Of a stretch of 35,112 nucleotides of DNA, positions 1-8,202 are shown in pieces; position 1 is the first letter of the stretch; each line of letters starts with the position of its first letter. The position numbers and the translations under genes are program-made. The stretch spans positions 1 to 35,112 of the forward strand of contig CAZBBK010000063.1 of assembly GCA_964490075.1 (NCBI GenBank), written 5' to 3'. Below the pieces are notes generated by a model. It worked only from the letters and a program-made list of their open reading frames with translations, was not told where the DNA came from and made no database searches. Source of the DNA: an uncultured Gemmatimonadota bacterium (GTDB taxonomy: Bacteria > GCA-2686955).

Positions 1-139
1 TTGCCCGCTGCCGATGGGGGCTCTGGCCGTCCCATCCGGCGGGAGGTCCGCGGCGTCGAGACCTCAGATTCCGGAGAAGCCGAAATCCACACCCGCACGA
101 GGGCCCCGCTCCGGCCTCGCGGCATCAGGGCCGGAATCC

Positions 140-386
140 GGTCGTAACTCGCGACTCTGATCGAGGAGCTGAGGGTTGCGGCCAGATTCTGGTCACAACT
201 CCCGACTCTCGATCGAGAGTCGCGAGTTACGGCGCGAATACGGTCGTGGCTCCGGTTTCATCGCGCTGAGTGGCGAGTTGTGGCGGATATACGGTCGTGG
301 CTCCGCACTCTCGATCGAGAGTGGTGAGTTGTGTCGCGAAAAGGCGTCATGACTCGCGGTTCCGAGCGCGGAGCTGGGCTTTGTGT
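140..386. repeat. Tandem array of ~5 imperfect palindromic units, 51-bp period
   Basis: Unit starts at 140 (ggtcgtaactc), 191 (ggtcacaactc), 242 and 293 (ggtcgtggctc), ~345 (cgtcatgactc). Units 2 and 4 carry the palindrome actctcgatcgagagt; unit 2 extends to aactcccgactctcgatcgagagtcgcgagtt. No convincing ORF covers it. Confidence 0.75.
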
Positions 387-662
387 CGGGGCCGGTCGCG
401 GGGGTGGCGCGGGCGCGGGGGAGCGCGGCGTGCGCGGAGGGTGCGCACGATGGCGGAAGAGCACCCTACCCCGTCATCCCGGCTGACTTCTCGATATGGC
501 GCTTCTCGAGCGACGCACTCCGCGAAGAACCGCAGGCCCCGCGGGAGTCCGCGGGCCTCCGGGGCTCCAGCCAGGTTGGGAGAAACGGTACAGGGCAGGG
601 GCGGGTTTTGCCACATACCGGCCGCTCCCCGCGTAGAGGCTCGCTATATCGAAACTCCAGCG

Positions 663-2021
663 CTAGTTCGGGACAATCGTCAAGGTCCGGGTCAGCCGGC
701 GCGGATCGTGGCGCACGCTCAAGATCTCGCTCTCCGGGTCCCAGTCCCAGGACCAGGTGCCGGGAAGGTCGGTCGAGCGCACGCGGAATCCCTCGGGGTA
801 GTGGCGGGCGGCGGGCACGAAGATCTCGGTCGGGGCATCGATCGCGGCGCCGCCGCTCCAGGTGAATTTCCAGCGCCGCGTGAGAGGCACGAAGCCGAAG
901 CCGAGCGGCGTGCCGGCGGTGCGCAGCGGAGTCGGTCGCGCCAGCAGGTCGACCACCGGAAGCTCCGATCCGTCGGGATACTCCACGCCCCACTCTTCGT
1001 TCGAGCGGGTGTAGTCCCAGAAGGCCGACCCGAAGGCGAAGCGGTCGAAGAGACCCAGGAGGTCCCGGTAGTAGTCGCGCACACCGGGCATCTGCCAGGA
1101 GCAGCCGTACTCGCCGATCCAGACCGGGTCCTTGAAGCGTTCCCGTTCCATCGCCCGGCGGGTCATGGCCAGGGTCATCAGCGCGCCCGGACCGACGTAG
1201 CCCCACTGCGATTCGGTGGCCGGATCGTAGTAGTGGGGAGCCATCACCCAGTCGTGCTCCGGGTGGCTGGCCAGGTAGGAGGGCGAGCCCCAGTTGGTGA
1301 GCACCCGCGGCTCCCAGAAGGTCAGCAGCCCGGCGCCGGCGGAGGCGACCGCGTCGTGCCCGCGGTGCAGGAACGACTCCATGTACTCGGGGTCGAAGAG
1401 GAGGCCGAGCATCGGCTCGGGCCAGGGTTCGTTCATCAGCTCGATGCCGATGACGGCGTGCTGGTCGCGGAATCGCTCGGCGGTGTAGGCGAGCATCTCG
1501 TGGAAACGGGTCTGGATCCCGTCCTCATCGGCCCAAAAGGCGCCGAAGGCGTGCTGCACGGCCGGCTCGAAGTAGTTCATGAACCAGTGGTCGCGCCGCT
1601 CGAAGGGGATTCCACCGTCGCGGACCGCCCACTGGGGCGCGCCATCCCCGCCGAAGTACTCCGAGTAGATGTCCTGGTGGAAGTCCAGGACCACGTGCAG
1701 CCCTTCGTCGCCCATCTGACCGGCGAGCGCGACCATCCGGTCCAGGTACTGGTCGTCGTAGACCCCGGGCGCGGGCTCCACGCCGGCCCAGAGAATCCCG
1801 AGACGGATGCAGTTCATCCCCCACATCCGCACCTTGCGGAACTGCTCCGGGCCGTGCCAGGGCACGTAGTCCGGCCCTTTGTTGATCATGTTGATGCCGC
1901 GCAGGATGACGGCACGCCCCTCGGCGTCCCGCAGGTGGGATCCGGGCGCACTCAAGCGCTCGCCGCGGGCTGGCGCAGCGACCAGGCAGAGGAGGAGCAG
2001 GGGTGGGAAGGAGGATTTCAT
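663..2021 (-). CDS. Secreted glycoside hydrolase family 5, endoglycoceramidase-like, with C-terminal beta-sandwich domain
   Basis: Signal peptide MKSSFPPLLLLCLVAAPARG; RLGILWAGVEPAPGVYD, LDFHQD, NEP (acid/base), HYY, IGEYG (nucleophile); C-terminal ARPTPLRTAGTP...PTEIFVP. ATG at 2021 with gagga upstream. Confidence 0.85.
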   Translation of the reverse strand: MKSSFPPLLLLCLVAAPARGERLSAPGSHLRDAEGRAVILRGINMINKGPDYVPWHGPEQFRKVRMWGMNCIRLGILWAGVEPAPGVYDDQYLDRMVALAGQMGDEGLHVVLDFHQDIYSEYFGGDGAPQWAVRDGGIPFERRDHWFMNYFEPAVQHAFGAFWADEDGIQTRFHEMLAYTAERFRDQHAVIGIELMNEPWPEPMLGLLFDPEYMESFLHRGHDAVASAGAGLLTFWEPRVLTNWGSPSYLASHPEHDWVMAPHYYDPATESQWGYVGPGALMTLAMTRRAMERERFKDPVWIGEYGCSWQMPGVRDYYRDLLGLFDRFAFGSAFWDYTRSNEEWGVEYPDGSELPVVDLLARPTPLRTAGTPLGFGFVPLTRRWKFTWSGGAAIDAPTEIFVPAARHYPEGFRVRSTDLPGTWSWDWDPESEILSVRHDPRRLTRTLTIVPN

Positions 2022-2060
2022 GGCCGGGTCCTCGCTCGGGAAAGGGAGCGGATGCGCTTG

Positions 2061-2205
2061 GGGTCCGCGCGCGCGAAAAAAAACCAATTTTAGGGGCCCA
2101 AGTGGGGGGAAGAGGGGGCCCCNNNNNNNNNNCATGATTAAACTGATTCATACAATGCTGACTCCAAATGCTTATTTTTTTTTATTTTTGCGCGCGCGCG
2201 GACCC
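2061..2205. mobile_element. Inverted repeats flanking an assembly gap; possibly the ends of a collapsed insertion sequence
   Basis: gggtccgcgcgcgcgaaaaa (2061-2080) and tttttgcgcgcgcgcggaccc (2185-2205) are near-perfect inverted repeats around NNNNNNNNNN; interior is AT-rich unlike the surroundings; no transposase visible. Confidence 0.35.
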
Positions 2206-2300
2206 TAATCGAGCCTAACCCGCCCAGCCCCCCCCCTCTCTCCTCTCCACTCAGCCCATGCTACTGTGCGGGCTTCTCGAACCTCCTCCCAGGAGTTCCC

Positions 2301-4814
2301 ATGCCCACACACCGTTTCAAAGTCTCCGGCATGAGCTGCCACCACTGCGTGCGCCACGTGACGCGCGCGCTAGAGGGAGTGGCCGGGGTGACGCGGGTCG
2401 AGGTGCAGCTCGATCCCGGCCGGGCCACGGTCGAAGGAGAGGGCGCGTCGCGCGGCGCGCTGGTGGCCGCCGTGCAAGAGGCCGGCTACGAGATCGACGA
2501 CCCCGACGACGACCCCGCCAGTCCCGGGCGGGCGGCCCGATCGAACGCGACCCCGGCCGCCCGCCCCCTCCCATCCTCCTCCGGCGGGCCGCGGGTCGTG
2601 CTCGAGGTCGCGGGGATGACCTGCGCCGCCTGCGTCGGATCGGTCGAGCGCGCGCTGCGCGCTGTCGCGGGGGTGCGCACGGTCGAGGTCAGCCTGCCGA
2701 CGGAGCGGGCGACGGTCACGCTCGAAGGCGCTTTCGAGGCGCCAGGGGCGATCGACGCCGCGCTGGTCGAGGCGGTGGAGGGCGCCGGCTACTCCGCGAC
2801 GAACGCGGCGGGCGGCACCGGAGAAGGAGAGCTGACCCGCGAGCGAGAGGCGGCCGAGCGGCGCCTGGCGCACGTTTCGGAGGCGCGCCGCCGCCTGGTG
2901 GTCTCGGCGGCGCTCACGGTCCCGGTCTTCGGGCTGGCGATGGGCGCCGAGATGCTGCTGGGGATGGAGCTGCCGCGCTGGACCGGCTGGCTGCAGGGGA
3001 TCCTGACCTCGGCGGTGATGCTCGTGCCGGGGCGCGCCATCTTCGCCATGGCGCTGCGCCAGACCCGCCACGGCAGCGCCAACATGGACAGCCTGGTGGC
3101 GCTCGGCACCGCGGCCTCGTGGACGGCCAGCGTGATCAGCCTGGTGCGCGGCGGACCGCTCTATTTCGAATCGGCCGCCACCATCATCACGTTGGTGCTG
3201 CTGGGACGTTTTCTCGAGGCGCGCGCCAAGGGGCGGGCCAGCGAGGCGATCCGCGCGCTGCTGGACCGCGCGCCGCGCCGCGCCCACCGCATCGAGGAGG
3301 GCGAGGTCGAGCGCGACATTCCCCTCGACCAGGTCGCGGTCGGCGATCTGCTGCGGGTACGCCCCGGCGAGATGGTGCCCGCCGACGGCGCGATCGTGAG
3401 CGGCGAGAGCAGCATCGACGAGGCGCTGATGACCGGCGAGAGCCTGCCGGTGACGCGCTCGAGGGACGACGCGGTGATCGGCGGCACCAACAACACGGTC
3501 GGCTCCTTCGTGATGCGCGCCGAGCAGGTGGGCGACCAGACGCGCCTGGCCGCCATCGTGCGCCTGGTGCTGCACGCCCAGTCGTCGCGGGCGCCGGTGC
3601 AGCGCCTGGCGGACCGGGTCGCGGCGATCTTCGTGCCGCTGGTGCTGGCGGTCGCCCTGGCCACCGCGGCCCTCTGGGCCTTCGCCGATCCCGGGCGACC
3701 CTGGCCGGAGATCCTGCTGCCGGCGGTGGCGGTGCTGGTGATCGCCTGCCCCTGCGCCATGGGGCTGGCCACCCCGACGGCGGTGGTGGTCGGTACCGGG
3801 CGGGCCGCCCAGCGCGGCATCCTGATCCGCGACGCGGCCGCCCTGGAGCGGGCGCATGCGGTCTCCTGCGTGGTCTTCGACAAGACCGGCACGCTCACCG
3901 AAGGGAAGGCGGCGGTGCGCGCGCTGCACCCCGCGCCCGGCGTGACCCGCGACGAGCTGCTGGCCGCCGCCGCCGCCGTGGAAGGCCCCAGCGAGCACCC
4001 GATCGCCCGGGCGATCGTCGACGCCGCGCGCGAGTCGGGGCTGGCGCTCGCCGCCGCCGAGGGGTTTCGGGCGCGGGTGGGACACGGCGCCGAGGCGCGG
4101 GTCGCCGGCCAGCACTGCCGCGTCGGCCGCTTCGACTTCGTCGCCGAGCTGGCCCCTCCGCCGGCCGAGCTCCCCCCGCCGGCGCCGGGCAGCACGGCCG
4201 TCGCGGTGGCCGCCAGCGCCCGCCATCTGGGCGCCATCGAGCTGGCCGATCCTCTGCGTCCCACCTCGGCGGCGGCGCTCGAGAGCCTCGCCGAGCAGGG
4301 GATCGAGACGGTGCTGCTGACCGGCGATCACCCCGAGGTCGCCGGGCGGGTCGCCACGGAGCTTGGCATCGGCCGGGTGGTGGCGGGTATCCTCCCCGAC
4401 GGCAAGGTCGACGCGATCGAAGAGATGGCGCGCGACGGCGGCGTGATCGCCATGGTCGGAGACGGACTGAACGATGCTCCGGCCCTGGCGGCGGCCGAGG
4501 TCGGAATCGCCATGGGCAGCGGCACCGACGTCGCCATGGAGACGGCGGCGATCACCCTGACCGGCAGCGATCCAAGAGGCGTGGGCGAGGCGATCGCCCT
4601 GTCTCGCGCCACCCTCCGAGTGATTCGCCAGAACCTCTTCTGGGCCTTCGCCTACAACATCATCGGCATTCCGGTGGCCGCCGCCGGTCTGCTCAACCCC
4701 ATGATCGCGGCGGCGGCGATGGCGGCCAGCTCGGTGCTGGTCGTCAGCAACTCGCTGCGCCTGCGCGCGATGAGAATCGCCGCAGCGCCGCCCAGCACCA
4801 GGAATATTTCGTGA
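2301..4814 (+). CDS. copA: Copper-translocating P1B-type ATPase
   Basis: Two HMA domains (GMSCHHC, GMTCAAC), TGES, CPC, DKTGT, SEHP, GDGLND, YN and MAASS in the last helices (Cu+ P1B-1 signature); aggag RBS. Confidence 0.92.
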   Translation: MPTHRFKVSGMSCHHCVRHVTRALEGVAGVTRVEVQLDPGRATVEGEGASRGALVAAVQEAGYEIDDPDDDPASPGRAARSNATPAARPLPSSSGGPRVVLEVAGMTCAACVGSVERALRAVAGVRTVEVSLPTERATVTLEGAFEAPGAIDAALVEAVEGAGYSATNAAGGTGEGELTREREAAERRLAHVSEARRRLVVSAALTVPVFGLAMGAEMLLGMELPRWTGWLQGILTSAVMLVPGRAIFAMALRQTRHGSANMDSLVALGTAASWTASVISLVRGGPLYFESAATIITLVLLGRFLEARAKGRASEAIRALLDRAPRRAHRIEEGEVERDIPLDQVAVGDLLRVRPGEMVPADGAIVSGESSIDEALMTGESLPVTRSRDDAVIGGTNNTVGSFVMRAEQVGDQTRLAAIVRLVLHAQSSRAPVQRLADRVAAIFVPLVLAVALATAALWAFADPGRPWPEILLPAVAVLVIACPCAMGLATPTAVVVGTGRAAQRGILIRDAAALERAHAVSCVVFDKTGTLTEGKAAVRALHPAPGVTRDELLAAAAAVEGPSEHPIARAIVDAARESGLALAAAEGFRARVGHGAEARVAGQHCRVGRFDFVAELAPPPAELPPPAPGSTAVAVAASARHLGAIELADPLRPTSAAALESLAEQGIETVLLTGDHPEVAGRVATELGIGRVVAGILPDGKVDAIEEMARDGGVIAMVGDGLNDAPALAAAEVGIAMGSGTDVAMETAAITLTGSDPRGVGEAIALSRATLRVIRQNLFWAFAYNIIGIPVAAAGLLNPMIAAAAMAASSVLVVSNSLRLRAMRIAAAPPSTRNIS

Positions 4815-6754
4815 GCAGCAACACGTTCGAGTTTCAAGCCGAGGTCAAGCAGCTCCTCGACCTGATGGTCCACTCCCTCTACAGCCACAAAGACGTCTTT
4901 CTGCGCGAGCTGATCTCGAACGCCAGCGACGCCCTCGACAAGCGTCGCTTCGAGGCCCTCACCGACTCGGCGGCGGCCTTCGACGAAGAGCTCGAGATCT
5001 TCCTGGAACGGGACGGCGAGGCGCGCACTCTGAACATCCGCGACAACGGCATCGGCATGAGCCGCGAAGAGGTGATGACCAACATCGGCACCATCGCCCG
5101 CTCCGGCACCCAGGAGTTCCTGCGCCGCGCCGCCGAGATCAAGCAAGACCATCCCGATCCCGAGCTGATCGGTCAGTTCGGCGTCGGCTTCTACTCCGCC
5201 TTCATGGTCGCCGACCGGGTCGACTTGGTGACGCGCCGCGCGGGGGAAGAGAGCGCCACGCGCTGGATCTCCACCGGCGACGGCAGCTACACCATTTCCG
5301 ACGCCGAACGCGAGCACCCCGGCACCACCGTCACGCTGCACCTGAAGAGCGCCGACGAGGACGACGGCCTGCAGGACTACACCGAAGAATGGGTGGTGCG
5401 CGAAATCGTCAAGAAGTTCTCCGACTTCGTCGCCTACCCGATCAAGATGCAGGTGGAGCGGATCGAGCAGGAGAAGGACGCCGAAGGGAAGATCGTCGAG
5501 GGCGGAGCCGAGATCAAGCGCCAGGAGACCGAGACCCTCAATTCGATGAAGGCGATCTGGACCCGTCCCGCGGACCAGGTGAGCGAAGAGGAGTACTCGG
5601 AGTTCTACAAGCATATCTGCCACGACTGGAGCGATCCGCTCTTCCACCTGCGCTCGAAGATGGAAGGCACCTTCGAGGCGCGCGCTCTGCTCTTCGTGCC
5701 CTCGCACGCGCCCTTCGACCTCTATCATCCGGAAATGTCGCGCAAAGGTCTGCAGCTTTACGTGAAACGTGTCTTCATCATGGACGAGTGTCGCGACCTG
5801 ATGCCGGACTACCTGCGTTTCGTGCGTGGCGTGATCGATGCCGAAGATGTGTCGCTGAACATTTCGCGCGAGATGCTACAGAAGGACCGGCAGATCCAGG
5901 CGATCCAGAAGCACCTGACGAAGAAGGTGCTCGATTCGCTGGGCGATCTGGCCAACAGCGACAGCGACAAGTACTTGAGCTTCTGGGGGCAGTTCGGTCC
6001 GGTGCTCAAGGAGGGTCTGGCGGCCTTGGGCGATCGCCAGGAGAAGATCCTCGACCTCTTGCTCGCCGCCTCGACCCACGACGACGCCGAGTTCAGCACC
6101 CTGGCGCAGTACGTCGAGCGGATGAAGGAGGACCAGGAGCAGATCTACTACATGTCCGGTCCCTCCAAGGAGGCGGTGCTGCAGTCGCCGCACCTCGAGG
6201 CGTTCCGCGCCAAGGGCTACGAGGTGCTGCTCTTCACCGACCGGGTCGACGAGCTGTGGCTGAGCCGCCCCCAGGAGTACCAGGGCAAGCAGCTGCAGTC
6301 GATCGGCCACGGCGAAGTGGAGCTGGGAAGCGAGGAGGAGAAGAAGGAGGCCCAGGAGCAGCTCGACGCCAAGAAGAGCGAGCACACCGATCTGCTGGAG
6401 AAGCTGAAGTCGGTGCTCGACGAGCGGGTCAAGGAGGTGCGGCTCTCGACCCGCCTCACGGCGTCGGCGGCCTGCCTGGTCGGCGAGCAGGGCGACCTGA
6501 GCCCTCAGCTCGAGGCGATGCTGCGCGAGTCGGGGCAGAGCCTGCCGGCCAGCAAGCGGATCCTGGAGCTGAACCCCGAGCACCCGGTGCTGCCGGGGCT
6601 GCGGACACGCTTCGAGAGCGACCCCGACGATCCGGAGATCGGGGAGTTCGCCGAGCTGCTCTACGGCCAGGCGCTGCTGGCCGAGGGGGGCGAGCTGCCC
6701 GACCCGGCCGGCTTCAGCAAGCGGGTCGCGGACCTGATGACGAAGGCTCTTTGA
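4811..6754 (+). CDS. htpG: Molecular chaperone HtpG (Hsp90)
   Basis: FQAEVKQLLDLMVHSLYS, FLRELISNASDA, DNGIGM, IGQFGVGFYSAF, LNISREMLQ, LELNPEHP. GTG start overlaps the copA stop (GTGA). Confidence 0.96.
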   Translation: MSSNTFEFQAEVKQLLDLMVHSLYSHKDVFLRELISNASDALDKRRFEALTDSAAAFDEELEIFLERDGEARTLNIRDNGIGMSREEVMTNIGTIARSGTQEFLRRAAEIKQDHPDPELIGQFGVGFYSAFMVADRVDLVTRRAGEESATRWISTGDGSYTISDAEREHPGTTVTLHLKSADEDDGLQDYTEEWVVREIVKKFSDFVAYPIKMQVERIEQEKDAEGKIVEGGAEIKRQETETLNSMKAIWTRPADQVSEEEYSEFYKHICHDWSDPLFHLRSKMEGTFEARALLFVPSHAPFDLYHPEMSRKGLQLYVKRVFIMDECRDLMPDYLRFVRGVIDAEDVSLNISREMLQKDRQIQAIQKHLTKKVLDSLGDLANSDSDKYLSFWGQFGPVLKEGLAALGDRQEKILDLLLAASTHDDAEFSTLAQYVERMKEDQEQIYYMSGPSKEAVLQSPHLEAFRAKGYEVLLFTDRVDELWLSRPQEYQGKQLQSIGHGEVELGSEEEKKEAQEQLDAKKSEHTDLLEKLKSVLDERVKEVRLSTRLTASAACLVGEQGDLSPQLEAMLRESGQSLPASKRILELNPEHPVLPGLRTRFESDPDDPEIGEFAELLYGQALLAEGGELPDPAGFSKRVADLMTKAL

Positions 6755-6789
6755 CGCGCGTCATGGGCTCTTTGACGCGCGTCATCAGG
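6733..6789. repeat. Duplicated 20-mer with internal palindrome between convergent genes; possible bidirectional terminator
   Basis: ggctctttgacgcgcgtcat at 6745-6764 and 6766-6785, each containing the perfect palindrome tgacgcgcgtca; outer inverted repeat cctgatgacg / cgtcatcagg. Confidence 0.6.
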
Positions 6790-8128
6790 GCCCGCAACGC
6801 AGTCCGAGCGCGACGATGGTATACGAGCTCCGGTAGCTGCCGCGGGTATCGGGGGCGGTCTCGAACTCCCCGAGCCCCAGGTAGTCGGGGCGGTTCTCGG
6901 TCTGATCGACGACCACTTCGGGCTGGATGTAGTGGACGCCGGAAAGATCGAGGCTCCAGCCGCGACCCAGCCCGTAGCGAAATCCGCCGCTCAGGCCGAG
7001 ACGCTCCGGAGACTGGCCGACGAAGAAGTTCTGGGTCTTGACCGAAGTGCTCTCGTAGAGCGCGCCCAGGCGCCAGCCGAGCGCGCCCGGCCCCGGCTCG
7101 TGGCGCACTCCGAAGCGGATCGAGTAGGCGTCCTTGTAGTCGTAGGCGACCGTCGTCACGTCAAGCGTGTCATCGAGTCCCTCGACGACGATCTGATCCG
7201 GGGTCACGTAGAGGGTATCGGTGTTGCTCCAGTTCTCGAACACCGCCGCCAGCTCGACCCAGGTGCAATCGCCGAAGCGGCGCGCGATGCCGCCGCGCAC
7301 GAGGTCGGCCAGCTCCAGCTCGTACTCCGCCTGGTCCCCCACCACGGCGATGCCGAGCAGGTTCTGGAAGTCGGGCAGGTCGATGGCCAGATCGATCTCG
7401 CCGTCGATGCTGGTCGGGCTCTGGTAGGAGAGCCCGGCGCGCCAGGTGTCGGAGCCGACCAGGGTGAGCCCGAGATTCCAGGTCCAGGAGAAATTGTCGG
7501 AGCGCCCGGTGACCAGGGCGTCGCCGAGCTCATGGGGCAGGGTCATCGCCTTGAACTCGGCGTTGACGCCCTGCGGCGCCAGCTGCACGCCACCGCCCAG
7601 GCGCAGCGGTCCCCAGGCGTGCGCGGCGGCCAGGCCGGCCCAGGCGGTGTAGCTCTGGTCGCTGATCAGGGTGTAGCGGGTGGGGCCGTCCGGATCGTAG
7701 GCGAAGCGCCCCTTGTAGGGTCCCCAGACGCCCGCCCCGAGCGCCCAATCGCCGCCACCGAAGGCCGCGAAGAGCCCCGGCACCTGGAACAGGCCGGCCT
7801 GGTTCTCGGCCAGGGGGTAGTCGCGGATTATCTCGTAGTCGAGGCTGTCGGGGAGCTCGATCAACCCGGAGTCGGTGGCGCGCCGGAAGGTCTGCGGCGA
7901 GTGGATGAAGGCGACGTCGAGGGCGAAATGCCGGCCCTCGGCCAGATCGGCCAGGTTGGCCGGGTTGTACCAGATCGCCAGAGGATCGATCCCGCTCGCC
8001 ACATAGGCCCCGCCCGATCCGAGCGCCGGAGTGCCGATCGCCGGAACGAACATGCCGGCGGCGAGGGCCGTGGGCGGCGCGCTCGCCAGCGCCAGGGTCA
8101 CGAGCAAGGCGGGGATGCGAGACGACAT
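6785..8128 (-). CDS. OmpP1/FadL/TodX-family outer-membrane transporter of hydrophobic compounds
   Basis: Signal peptide MSSRIPALLVTLALASAPPTALA; N-terminal hatch ALGSGGAYVA...AIWYNPANL with the NPA motif; alternating beta-strand pattern; aggag RBS before the ATG at 8128. Confidence 0.8.
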   Translation of the reverse strand: MSSRIPALLVTLALASAPPTALAAGMFVPAIGTPALGSGGAYVASGIDPLAIWYNPANLADLAEGRHFALDVAFIHSPQTFRRATDSGLIELPDSLDYEIIRDYPLAENQAGLFQVPGLFAAFGGGDWALGAGVWGPYKGRFAYDPDGPTRYTLISDQSYTAWAGLAAAHAWGPLRLGGGVQLAPQGVNAEFKAMTLPHELGDALVTGRSDNFSWTWNLGLTLVGSDTWRAGLSYQSPTSIDGEIDLAIDLPDFQNLLGIAVVGDQAEYELELADLVRGGIARRFGDCTWVELAAVFENWSNTDTLYVTPDQIVVEGLDDTLDVTTVAYDYKDAYSIRFGVRHEPGPGALGWRLGALYESTSVKTQNFFVGQSPERLGLSGGFRYGLGRGWSLDLSGVHYIQPEVVVDQTENRPDYLGLGEFETAPDTRGSYRSSYTIVALGLRCGP

Positions 8129-8202
8129 CGGGGCTCCTTGGACGGGGGACGAGGCGGAAGGGTGGGCGAGCATAGCGCACCCATCCAAGGTTGTTGCGCC
8201 CC

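Noticed and set aside
140-386. Palindromic array as a CRISPR array or attC array
   Set aside because: Linkers are only ~12 bp, units are too divergent and no cas operon is adjacent. AAC...GTT arms are present but the units are shorter than known attC sites and enclose no cassettes.
270-2093. 607-aa plus-strand ORF
   Set aside because: Antisense shadow of the GH5 gene with R/G/A-rich composition and no recognisable motifs.
2258-6754. 1498-aa ORF suggesting a giant HtpG fusion
   Set aside because: The first ~850 aa are an off-frame reading of copA in GC-rich DNA; HtpG homology starts at GTG 4811.
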